The notes under the pieces: model-generated | Told to the model about the DNA's origin: nothing | The model's database searches: none | The model's input: the letters and a program-made list of their open reading frames with translations, nothing else | NCBI GenBank assembly: GCA_950097015.1 | Contig: CATNEN010000037.1 | Location: 806,001-870,000 of the forward strand | DNA length: 64,000 bases | Reading direction: 5' to 3' | Source of the DNA: Macrostomum hystrix | Lineage: Eukaryota > Animalia > Platyhelminthes | Made by a program: the position numbers and the translations under genes | Shown: positions 13,292-24,601 of the stretch, in pieces | Position numbering within the stretch: position 1 is the first letter of the stretch | Layout: each line of letters starts with the position of its first letter

Positions 13292-15184
13292 TTATTCATC
13301 GTTTCCAAGGCAAACCTTGGCAGCGGCCTTGGCGCTGAGTATGGCCGGCACCCGGTTTGAGTACTGCCGAAAAGCCGAGTACTCTCGCCAGATTTGAAGC
13401 CGCAGTGCGCGCCAGAGTTTGTCGAGCTCTGAAAATGGCGCACCAGTAGCAGATTTCACTGTTCGGCAGGTATCAAGCAACCGCTTCAGTTCCATTAGTT
13501 CGCGTGCCTCTAGGTGCTGCTCAAGATTCTTGTCGATGTCCTCGCGCACCACTCGGCAGTACAGGCTGCTCAGCGCGGTTGACTCATATTCTGTCAGTGG
13601 CCGCTTGGCCTGCTGTTCCAGACGGCGCAGGTACAGGAGCACGTGACCTAGCACCTGACGACTAAGCCATGCGGCTGCCTGAGACACATTCGATTGGGAA
13701 TAGTTCCCACCTGAGAATTTGATGCAGTTTTTGGATTGGTTGAGTTTGGGGTTGGTTGAGTTTGGGGTTAGTGCAGTTTGGGGTTGGTGCAGTTTGGGGT
13801 TGGTGCAGTTTGGGGTTGGTGCAGTTTGGGGTTGGTGCAGTTTGGGGTTGGTGCAGTTTGGGGTTGGTGCAGTTTGGGGTTGGTGCAGTTTGGGGTTGGT
13901 GCAGTTTGGGGTTGGTGCAGTTTGGGGTTGGTGCAGTTTGGGGTTGGTGCAGTTTGGGGTTGATAAATCTGTGAACTCCGCCTTACCAGCAGCGCGACAA
14001 ATCCCGACATTTCCGCTGCTGCCCTCCGCCGAAGCCAAAGCCGGAATCCGATCCCAAGCCAGTATTGACAATTCCGTGTAGTTGGTTGCCATGGCAACCA
14101 GACTGTCCGCAGTCGATTGGTCGGCCGGACTGGCAGCTTCGGCCACGATCAGTCGAGCCGCAACCAACAGGGTTCTGACAGCGTCGCCCAGCTCACTGCT
14201 ACAGCCTGGAGCTGCGAGATGCTGCAGCCACCGGTACCTCGGAGCTGTAGTGGAAAGGTATCCGGGATAGCCTGGCTCCTGTTGGCCTGCCGTGTCGCGA
14301 TTCGACATGAACTCAACGAAGGCGGCAATCACCTGGCGGGTATAGTTTAGAGTTAAAGTACAAAATTGCCAGTTTAGTTGACGCAGCCTGTCAGGCTAAG
14401 GCGAAATCCATTTAGTGAAGAAATGGCGCTCCGTTGAAAATATTAATTTTTAATTACTCGCACAAAAAGATTGAACGCTTGCAATTCTGAATATCTAACG
14501 ACACGAAAATGGCACAATATTTGCTCCTGGCATATCTAACGACACGAAAATGGCACAATATTTAAACCTGGCATATCTAATGACACAAAATGGCACAATA
14601 TTTAAGCCTGGCATATCTAATGACAGGAAAATGGCACAATATTTGCACCTGGCATATCTAATGACACGAAAATGGCACAATATTTGCACCTGGAATATCT
14701 AATGACACAAAATCTAGACAATCACCTGGCTTCGCTCGGGGTGCCGTTTGATTAGCTCCTCCCGCAGGTCGGGCTGCTCCTTCAGGCGTCTATAAACTCG
14801 ATGATAAGCCTCCAGATCTTCCAGATAGCTGACCAAGTTGGCGATTGCCTCCTCCCAGCTCCACCTGCTGTAGTACGGCGAGCCCTCGTACTCGAAGGTG
14901 CCTCCTAGTCGGGCCACCAGACGCCAATTCTCGGCAAAGAATCTCAGAAAGCCGGAATATTTCACGGAAGAAAATGTCCACTCGTGCCTGCGGTATTGAA
15001 AGTTCTGCGCGATCAAATGATCGGCTTCTCTTATGGCGCTCTCGTCGCTTGGTGGGAGACGATGCCATGACCTGCCGTCGCTGCTGCTGCTGTTGCTGCT
15101 GCTGTTATCCTCAACGTGGCAAGAGGCAATTGTCAACAGGAGTTGTAGAAGAGCATAAATAAGCAGAAAACTAAGCTTGCTCAT
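13292..15184 (-). CDS. Uncharacterised signal-peptide protein, 3 exons (15184-14726, 14332-13987, 13710-13292), about 407 aa
   Basis: MSKLSFLLIYALLQLLLTIASC signal peptide. CAG|GTGATT...ccag| is phase 0 and G|GTAAGG...ctcag| is phase 1, so phases are consistent; GC-rich codon usage. No family recognised. Confidence 0.72.
13745..13962. repeat. 16-bp intronic minisatellite (TTTGGGGTTGGTGCAG)n
   Basis: Tandem array inside intron 13711-13986. Confidence 0.95.
14490..14715. repeat. About 41-bp intronic minisatellite (CATATCTAATGACACGAAAATGGCACAATATTTGCACCTGG)n
   Basis: About 5.5 copies inside intron 14333-14725. Confidence 0.93.
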
Positions 15185-15624
15185 TGTGCTTAGTCTTCTT
15201 TTAAATTTCTATTTTTTTAATCCTCTCTTTTTTAGAGCAGCTACTTTCGGGTGAGTCCGGGGTCCCTAGCAGCTCTGGGAATTCGCCCCGATGAGCTTTT
15301 TATCTATCTATCCTGGCGTCGACAAATCCCGGTCCCATCAACCTCTCTCCCCATCTCTCTCCCCTGTCTCTCTTCCTTCCAATTGCTTTCTTCCTCGCTT
15401 CCTCAGAACTCCCCAATACCGTCATTCATTCAGCCTGAGCTTGAATATCCTGCCCTCTGCTCTCCCGCTATCTTTTCTTCGTCTCTATTGCTTTCAGGAG
15501 TTTCCCCAAGCACAACAAACTAACCAGAGGAGCCATCACCGCAGTTTCTAAAATGCTATTTCAACTTTACTTCGTGACATCAGAAATTGCCATTTGTATT
15601 TTTTCAGCACCATGCAGAATGACA

Positions 15625-15912
15625 GTCAGATATTGTTGATAATGACAGTCAGATATTGTTGATAATGACAGCCAGATATTGTTGACAATGACAGTCAGAT
15701 ATTGTTGATAATGACAGTCAGATATTGTTGATAATGACAGTCAGATATTGTTGATAATGACAGCCAGATATTGTTGACAATGACAGTCAGATATTGTTGA
15801 CAATGACAGTCAGATATTGTTGATAATGACAGTCAGATATTGTTGATAATGACAGTCAGATATTGTTGATAATGACAGCCAGATATTGTTGACAATGACA
15901 GTCAGATATTTT
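15625..15912. repeat. 23-bp minisatellite (GATAATGACAGTCAGATATTGTT)n
   Basis: Tandem array. Confidence 0.95.
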
Positions 15913-17204
15913 TGACAATGAGACGCGGATAGAATAAGTAGAATAAGAGGGTACAGAAGATTGTAACCAAGGCGGTCATTAGCAATAGTTACAGGGGACA
16001 GCAACAGAACAAAAAGCAGCAAAGACAGCAACCCAACCAAAGAGCCTGGATGCAAGCGAAGCGGAAGATCTCCCATGAATTATTTGCAAGGGATTAATTG
16101 GTGCCTCGGTGCGCGGCTTAAAGGCGGCAAGAATCCGATTTTGGGATCACACAAACGGCTAAGCCGGCAATTGGAATTTATCCCATCAGGGGCCACGCCC
16201 AGATCCCACCCAACCACCCCGCCGCTCCTCTCTCGCGCACTCGTTTTGCCTTGCAACGGCATTCCATCAAGCGGCGACTTTTTACAAGTTTCTAAATACA
16301 CACGCGAGCTGTTTTTCTTCGTGGCGAAATTCGCAAAGCTTTTTGGGATTATTTCCTATTGGAACCCCGAATGGCTCTCGTCCGCTTCATCCAAATTGAC
16401 AGCAATTTCCATATGATACGGCCAAGTCCATCTGTACTTCCATCTGTACCCATTCAATAATTATCACCCAGATTTACTGGTTTGGCCTTCGCACAATTCT
16501 TATACCTATATATCTAATCCCTAAATCTCCCTTCTCATTCCTACATCTTATTTCTAATCTCTACATCTCTCTTCTCATCCCTTCCCTTCTCATCCCTGCA
16601 TCTCTCTTCTCATCCCTTCCCTTCTCATCCCTGCATCTCTCTTCTCATTCATTTCCTTGTCAGCCCTGTATCTCATTTCTACTCGCAATGCTTCTTCCAG
16701 ATTTGCAAAGATGCGCTTTAATTCACAGCCTTTATTGATTCGCTGACGAAAAATTAAACATTTTTGAATGAATTGGCACCTCGCAATCAAAAGAGACCAA
16801 AATAACTTCAAACTTCGTTCAACAATGAGTCGCAGCCGTCGCAGAGTCGCAGAGTTTCACTGACTTAATTAATCGGCAGAAAAAATTGCATTTTTCATTG
16901 TGAATTCATTTCCTTCACACATCATCAACGTCAATAAACTAAACTACTTTGTTTGTCAATTTTCTTCTCGACGTGTGGCAGATTATTGATTTCTCACCGT
17001 CCCATTGTCAAGTTGTGGGTAGATTGACACACAAGCACTTGAGGATTAATGGAAGGCAGGAAGGCTTAGTCTATTTTATCTGGGCTATTTTTGCATTCCT
17101 TTGAGCAGCTTTCTGAAATTTTAAGAAATTGCCACTTTTTCAATGGAGCTTGGGGTGGAGGGACTTGTGGCTGGAAAGAAGAAAATATTGGGGAAATAAT
17201 CCCG

Positions 17205-18160
17205 AAACTGAAAGAGACTGAAGCAGAAACTGAAAGATAATGAGACAGAAACTGAAAGATAATGAGACAGAAACTGAAAGAGACTGAGACAGAAACTGAA
17301 AGAGAATGAGACAGAACCTGAAAGAGAATGAGACAGAAACTGAAAGAGACCGAGACAGAAACTGAAAGAGACTGAGACAGAAACTGAAAGAGAATGAGAC
17401 AGAAACTGAAAGAGACTGAGACAGAAACTGAAAGAGAATGAGACAGAAACTGAAAGAGACGGAAACAGAAACTGAAAGAGACTGAGACAGAAACTGAAAG
17501 AGAATGAGACAGAAACTGAAAGAGACTGAGACAGAAACTGAAAGAGAATGAGACAGAAACTGAAAGAGAATGAGACAGAAACTGAAAGAGACTGAGACAG
17601 AAACTGAAAGAGACGGAAACAGAAACTGAAAGAGACTGAGACAGAAACTGAAAGAGAATGAGACAGAACCTGAAAGAGACTGAGACAGAAACTGAAAGAG
17701 AATGAGACAGAAACTGAAAGAGAATGAGACAGAAACTGAAAGAGAATGAGACAGAAACTGAAAGAGACTGAGACAGAAACTGAAAGAGACGGAAACAGAA
17801 ACTGAAAGAGACTGAGACAGAAACTGAAAGAGAATGAGACAGAAACTGAAAGAGAATGAGACAGAAACTGAAAGAGACTGAGACAGAAACTGAAAGAGAA
17901 TGAGACAGAAACTGAAAGAGAATGAGACAGACACTGAAAGAGACTGAGACAGAAACTGAAAGAGAATGAGACAGAAACTGAAAGAGAATGAGACAGAAAC
18001 TGAAAGAGACCGAGACACAAACTGAAAGAGACTGAGACAGAAACTGAAAGAGACTGAGACAGAAACTGAAAGAGAATGAGACAGAAACTGAAAGAGAATG
18101 AGACAGAAACTGAAAGAGAATGAGACAGAAACTGAAAGAGAATGAGACAGAAACTGAAAC
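17205..18160. repeat. 22-bp minisatellite (GAGACAGAAACTGAAAGAGA[CT/AT])n
   Basis: Tandem array; source of the spurious Phe/Ser-rich ORFs. Confidence 0.96.
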
Positions 18161-18544
18161 CTGTTTTAGCTGAGTTAAAACAGTGATATTTATCCCCACA
18201 GTGTTCAATTTCAGTTCTCACTCCCGCCACCTGGCTGTTAAGGTGCCAAAAGGGTTCCTTCCTCCCATTCTGAATGAGGCTGACTCACCGACAACAAACA
18301 CCTCATCTACAGCTGAATCATGCTAGAGACACATGGGAATAATGTAGCTTTGATGTGTTACTAACTGGAGAAATTTAGAAAGGCACGGAGCGAACTCAAT
18401 TGTTTGCGCTTAGTGCACTTAGGGACTTGTTCTATCGATTCAATTGCTGTTTCATAGGCACATACAGTCGCAGCAGTTACTAATCTAGCTTAAAAAAAAT
18501 TAAATTTTAAATAATTCTTAGGTACCAGAAAAAGTGGGCAAGAG

Positions 18545-20160
18545 AGGGAGAGTGAGGGGAAGAGAAAGGAGAGTGAGGGGAAGAGAAAGGAGAGTAAGGG
18601 GAAGAGAAAGTAGGGTGAGGGGAAGAGAGGTAGAGTGAGGGGAAGAGAGGTAGAGTGAGGGGAAGAGAGGTAGAGTGAGGGGAAGAGAGGTAGAGTGAGG
18701 GGAAGAGAGGGAGAGTGAGGGGAAGAGAGGGAGAGTGAGGGGAAGAGAGGTAGAGTGAGGGGAAGAGAGGTAGAGTGAGGGGAAGAGAGGGAGAGTGAGG
18801 GGAAGAGAGGTAGAGTGAGGGGAAGAGAGGTAGAGTGAGGGGAAGAGAGGTAGAGTGAGGGGAAGAGAATTAGAGTGAGGGGAAGAGAGGTAGAGTGAGG
18901 GAAGAGAGGTAGAGTGAGGGGAAGAGAGGTAGAGTGAGGGAAGAGAGGTAGAGTGAGGGGAAGAGAGGTAGAGTGAGGGAAGAGAGGTAGAGTGAGGGGA
19001 AGAGAGGTAGAGTGAGGGGAAGAGAGGGAGAGTGAGGGGAAGAGAGGGAGAGTGAGGGGAAGAGAGGGAGAGTGAGGGGAAGAAAGGTAGAGTGAGGGGA
19101 AGAGAGGTAGAGTGAGGGAAGAGAGGTAGAGTGAGGGGAAGAGAGGTAGAGTGAGGGAAGAGAGGTAGAGTGAGGGGAAGAGAGGTAGAGTGAGGGAAGA
19201 GAGGTAGAGTGAGGGGAAGAGAGGGAGAGTGAGGGGAAGAGAGGGAGAGTGAGGGGAAGAAAGGTAGAGTTAGGGGAAGAGAGGGAGAGTGAGGGGAAGA
19301 GAGGTAGAGTGAGGGAAGAGAGGTAGAGTGAGGGGAAGAGAGGTAGAGTGAGGGAAGAGAGGTAGAGTGAGGGGAAGAGAGGGAGAGTGAGGGGAAGAGA
19401 GGGAGAGTGAGGGGAAGAGAGGTAGAGTGAGGGGAAGAGAGGCAGAGTGAGGGGAAGAGAGGTAGAGTGAGGGGAAGAGAGACAGAGTGAGGGGAAGAGA
19501 GGTAGAGTGAGGGGAAGAGAGGGAGATTGAAGGGAAGAGAGGCAGAGTGAGGGGAAGAGAGGCAGAGTGAGGGGAAGAGAGGTAGAGTGAGGGGAAGAGA
19601 GACAGAGTGAGGGGAAGAGAGGTAGACTGAGGGGAAGAGAGGTAGAGTGAGGGGAAGAGAGGTAGAGTGAGGGGAAGAGAGGGAGAGTGAGGGGAAGAGA
19701 GGTAGAGTGAGGGGAAGAGAGGTAGAGTGAGGGGAAGAGAGGTAGAGTGAGGGGAAGAGAATTAGAGTGAGGGGAAGAGAGGGAGATTGAGGGGAAGAGA
19801 GGCAGAGTGAGGGGAAGAGAGGTAGAGTGAGGGGAAGAGAGGGAGAGTGAGGGGAAGAGAGGTAGAGTGAGGGGAAGAGAGGTAGAGTGAGGGGAAGAGA
19901 GGTAGACTAAGGGGAAGAGAGGTAGAGTGAGGGGAAGAGAGGCAGAGTGAGGGGAAGAGAGGTAGAGTGAGGGGAAGAGAGGCAGAGTGAGGGGAAGAGA
20001 GGTAGACTAAGGGGAAGAGAGGTAGAGTGAGGGGAAGAGAGGCAGAGTGAGGGGAAGAGAGGTAGAGTGAGGGGAAGAGAGGCAGAGTGAGGGGAAGAGA
20101 GGTAGAGTGAGGGGAAGAGAGGGAGATTGAAGGGAAGAGAGGCAGAGTGAGGGGAAGAGA
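18545..20160. repeat. 20-bp polypurine minisatellite (GGGGAAGAGAGGTAGAGTGA)n
   Basis: About 80 copies, strongly purine-biased plus strand. Confidence 0.97.
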
Positions 20161-20699
20161 GTATCTGCTTGTTTAATCTCCGAAAGATGGTTCCCCGGAC
20201 ATCACATATAATGATAAGCTCCTGAGTTAAAAACAATTATTATCCTTTTAGAGATTTTTCATATCCGAATATGTGTGGAACTGTGTCATCATTGCCGTTT
20301 GCTTCCGCCGTGAAAAAATGCTGAATTAGAAAAAAGCGTTCTACATGTGAAATGAAACTTATTTAGCTAATTATAGACACAGAGATTGTGCCCCCCGGGT
20401 GCCAGTCGCGGCCACATCTCGGAGCAGTCGGCCTTCAGCCATCCGGTGCCTGGGTTATCTGCCGATGAAGCTGCAGGGCAAGGCTTCATTTGTTGCGTAA
20501 CTAATTAGCTAAAGCGAATGGTTCTGCCGCTGTGGCCACAGACTGACAGGTTTTACACTGCCTGAACGAAGTGACTAAAACGAAAATTCATTTTTGTATG
20601 TAGAAACACGCTGAATTGTAAGATCTCTGTGGGATAAAACTTATGAATAATCTGTAGGACTGAAATAAAAATCTAAACAGGATCTGGAACAAGGAGTCG

Positions 20700-21066
20700 G
20701 AGCAAAAATCGTAATTTTTTTGTTGCTAGAATCGCAGCAGGAATCGCAGCTACAGGAATCGCAGCTAGAATCGTAGCAGGAATTTTAGCAGGAATCGCAG
20801 CTATAATCGTAGCAGGAATCGCGGCTAGAATCGTAGCAGGAATCGCAGCTACAGGAATCGCAGCTAGAATCGTAGCAGGAATTTTAGCAGGAATCGAAGC
20901 TACAATCGTAGCAGGAATCGCAGCTAGAATCGTAGAAGGAATCGCAGCTATAATCGTAGCAGGAATCGCAGCTATAATCGTAGCAGGAATCGCAGCTACA
21001 ATCGAAGCAGGAATCGCTGCTAGAATCGTAGCCGAAATCGCAGCTAGAATCGCAGCAGGAATCCTA
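20700..21066. repeat. CpG-rich satellite array (AGAATCGCAGC family)
   Basis: Same family as 5290-6385. Confidence 0.9.
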
Positions 21067-21649
21067 GCTGAATAAAAAATAGATCCCAAAGTAGGAATTT
21101 TAGCCTGTGCTCAGACTCGAACACACGAAATAATAGGCCCAAGTTTGAGAAGGTTTCTGTCTCGGCCCAAAGACTTTCAGCGCAAGCTGTGGATGTCGAG
21201 TTACGTAAGCAATCCCCATCTCTCTCCTTGACCAACTCCCGAGTTCATTGAAGTGTAAATGAAGCCGCCAATGCCCTGAGCACATACTCCCGTCTGCTGT
21301 ACTGTTTGCGCGAAATTTTTCTCAGAATTAATTCGCAACGCAAGCCTGCTTTCGTGAGCTGTGAGTGAGCGATGAGCGACATTTCATGTAGTTTGTCGAC
21401 AAGCTCAACACTGGTTTCCTTATCGCCGAAAGAAAAAATACTTCATGCGCGACGGAACGAACGAAAAACTGCTCATTGGCCTGATCCCCCTAACAGAACC
21501 CGGCATCGTGGCGGCCTCTTCGTGGTGTATTGTCTCCATCTATGTTCCTATTTCCTTCTCTCATCTGTCATCAAACCGTCTCTTGATGACGAGTTCTTCA
21601 CATTTTCAGTATTACCTACCACTCTCTGTTAATCTTCTTTCCGTCTCTT

Positions 21650-22310
21650 CTCCCACTCTTCCCATCTCTCTCTTCCCCTCCCTCTCGTCCACTCCCTCTC
21701 TTCCCCTATCTCATTCACTCCCTCTTTTCCCCTACCTCTTATTCCCCTCCCACTATTCCCCTTCCTCTGTTCCGCCCTTCTATTCCCCTCTCTCTCTTCC
21801 CCTCCCTCTATTGCCCTCCCTCTCTTCCCATCCTTCTATTCCCCTCCCTCTATTCCCCTCCCTCTCTTCCCCTCCCGCTCTTCCCCTATCTCATTCACTC
21901 CCTCTTTTCCCCTACCTCTTATTCCCCTCCCACTATTCCCCTTCCTCTGTTCCGCCCTTCTATTCCCCTCTCTCTCTTCCCCTCCCTCTATTCCCCTCCC
22001 TTTCTTCCCCTCCCTCTCTTCCCCTCCCTCTCTTCCCCTCCCTCTCTTCCCCTCCCTCTATTCCCCTCCCTCTCTTCCCCTCCCTCTATTGCCCTCCCTC
22101 TCTTCCCATCCTTCTATTCCCCTCCCTCTCTTCCCCTCGCTCTATTCCCCTCCCTTTCTTCCCCTCCCTCTCTTCCCCTCCCTCTCTTCCCCTCCCTCTC
22201 TTCCCCTCCCTCTATTCCCCTCCCTCTCTTCCCCTCCCTCTATTCCTCTCCCTCTCTTCCCCTCCCTCTCCTCCTCTCCCTCTCTTCCCCTCCCTCTCTT
22301 CCCCTCCCAT
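21650..22310. repeat. Polypyrimidine array (TTCCCCTCCCTCTC)n with an internal duplication of about 180 bp
   Basis: Unit of about 14 bp; a block starting near 21698 recurs near 21878. Confidence 0.92.
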
Positions 22311-22959
22311 ATTCCCCTTTGTGTCATATTGGGAAACAAACATTATATGAAACAATTTCTCCCCTTAAATAAAAGCGATCTCTAACTCAAAGTGAAGTGT
22401 ACTTTAAGCCGTTCATCTAATTGTAGCAGACTTCTCACCGAATCTATCGATCCATCGCAGGCTCAGCTCACGCCGAGTACGGCGCTTTGTTATTGCTGGT
22501 AGAAGCTATTGATTGATTGGGCTGTCAGAGGGTTTCGTTATTGAAAAATAGGCATCGGGGATAGAGAAAAAAATTGTCATAAATGCTCAAGTGCGAAATG
22601 GGATTTGTTTCCGTGAGCAGCCTCTGTGAGCAGGGACACTAGAGTGTCTGAGCTATTTACTAGGCATAGTGTTTTGTGTGGTCCTGACCAATTTAGGCTT
22701 GTATTTGCACCTGCTCTCGTCTCTCATCAACTCTTATTACACACCTCGCCTGCTAAGTGCCTCACTTCGCTACAGTACTTTGCATTGTTTCATAATATTA
22801 TTATATCGTGATAGCTGCCACTGCATATAGTTCATTATTTAGCTGACCAAGTTTCTGAAATCTCTATTTCCGAGGAAAGAAATATTACAAAATTCGCGAA
22901 ATTTCATGTGCCATAAAATTATCGGAGATATCCTGTTATTTTTGGGACCTGATTTTATC

Positions 22960-23962
22960 ACGGAAATCCTATCTCATAAGACCTCAATTTATCAGGGAAA
23001 TCCTGTCTCATAAGACCTCAATTTATCAGGGAAATCCTGTCTCATAAGACCTCAATTTATCAGGGAAATCCTGTCTCAAAGGTCCTCAATTTATCAGGGA
23101 AATCCTGTCTCAAAGGACCCCAATTTATCAGGGAAATCCTGTCTCATAAGACCTCAATTTATCAGTGAAATCCAGTCTCAAAGGACCTCAATTTATCAGG
23201 AAAATCCTGTCTCAAATTACCTCAATTTATCAGGGAAATCCTGTGTCATAAGACCTCAATTTATCAGGGAAATCCTGTCTCAAAGGACCTCAATTCATCA
23301 GGGAAATCCTGTCTCAAAGGACCCCAATTTATCAGGGAAATCCTGTCTCATAAGACCTCAATTCATCAGGGAAATCCTGTGTCATAAGACACCCAATTTT
23401 TCAGGGAAATCCTGTCTCATAAGAACTCAATTTATCAGGGAAATCCTGTCTCATAAGACCTCAATTTATCAGGGAAATCCTGTCTCAAAGGTCCTCAATT
23501 TATCAGGGAAATCCTGTCTCAAAGGACCTCAATTTATCAGGGAAATCCTGTCTCAAAGGTCCTCAATTTATCAGGGAAATCCTGTGTCATAAGACCTCAA
23601 TTTATCAGGGAAATCCTGTCTCAAAGGTCCTCAATTTATCAGGGAAATCCTGTCTCAAAGGACCTCAATTTATCAGGGAAATCCTGTCTCATAAGACCCC
23701 AATTTATCAGGGAAATCCTGTCTCATAAGACCTCAATTTATCAGGGAAATCCTGTCTCATAAGACCCCAATTTATCAGGGAAATCCTGTCTCATAAGACC
23801 TCAATTTATCAGGGAAATCCTGTCTCAAAGGTCCTCAATTTATCATGGAAATCCTGTCTCAAAGGACCTCAATTTATCAGGGAAATCCTGTCTCATAAGA
23901 CACCCAATTTATCAGGGAAATCCTGTCTCAAAGGTCCTCAATTTATCAGGGAAATCCTGTCT
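22960..23962. repeat. 34-bp minisatellite (GACCTCAATTTATCAGGGAAATCCTGTCTCATAA)n
   Basis: Tandem array of about 29 copies. Confidence 0.96.
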
Positions 23963-24244
23963 GTCTAAGCCGTAACATGTTTTAGAACTAACCTCATTTG
24001 TGTTGTCATTTAAATAGTAAAAATCGCATGTATACCTACTTTCATCCAATATTTTATTTTACGTGCACAAGAAAAAGAAGAAGTATTCAAGAAACAAGAC
24101 AAGACTCACACAAGAAACAGAAATTGGTTTTTTAAGGACAGAAAGTCTCGCCATCTGTTGTTACTAGCGTGATTGTTTATAACAAGTTGTTTCGCTGAAG
24201 ATTCAACAATTCTTACAATAAAAAAGCTTGTTTCTTGGTCAATG

Positions 24245-24510
24245 TAATCTAGCCAAATCGGGCCAGATGTGCAGCCGACAGCACAGTCGCAGCTATTGCG
24301 CGGCTCATCTGAAGGCTGTGTACGGTCTGTTCAGTCCATGGACTGGCAGGGACGCTACACCCACTATCAATCACCCTAGCAAATTCTGTATGGGTACCCA
24401 TTTAACAGTTCGGCGTACTAAGGTTTGTCCTTAACTATCTTGCTAAAGGAAACAAATTGTTTTAGTGGAGTCGGGAATCGAACCCGTGACCTTCGGGCTG
24501 TGATTATACG
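24245..24510 (-). mobile_element. tRNA-derived SINE, family B
   Basis: B-box GGTTCGATTCC on the minus strand near 24475-24485; body colinear with the copy at 32003-32262 in the opposite orientation. Confidence 0.75.
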
Positions 24511-24601
24511 TATTAGATCTATGTGAAATGAATAGAACATGTAGAATTTTCAGATCAATAAATGTAATCGTCCAGTAGTTTTAGCTAGAAGTGTAATCGT
24601 C

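Noticed and set aside
17066-18230. Long Phe/Ser-rich ORFs; likewise 7135-7894, 21445-22350, 25381-25855, 50282-51379, 54392-55033, 55638-56482 and 58106-58898
   Set aside because: Reading frames through tandem arrays, open in several frames at once.
21100-21632. Short protein-like ORFs (also 15810-16076, 31501-31707, 56637-56963)
   Set aside because: No recognisable domain and no consistent splice chain; they could be unannotated exons but cannot be supported from sequence alone.
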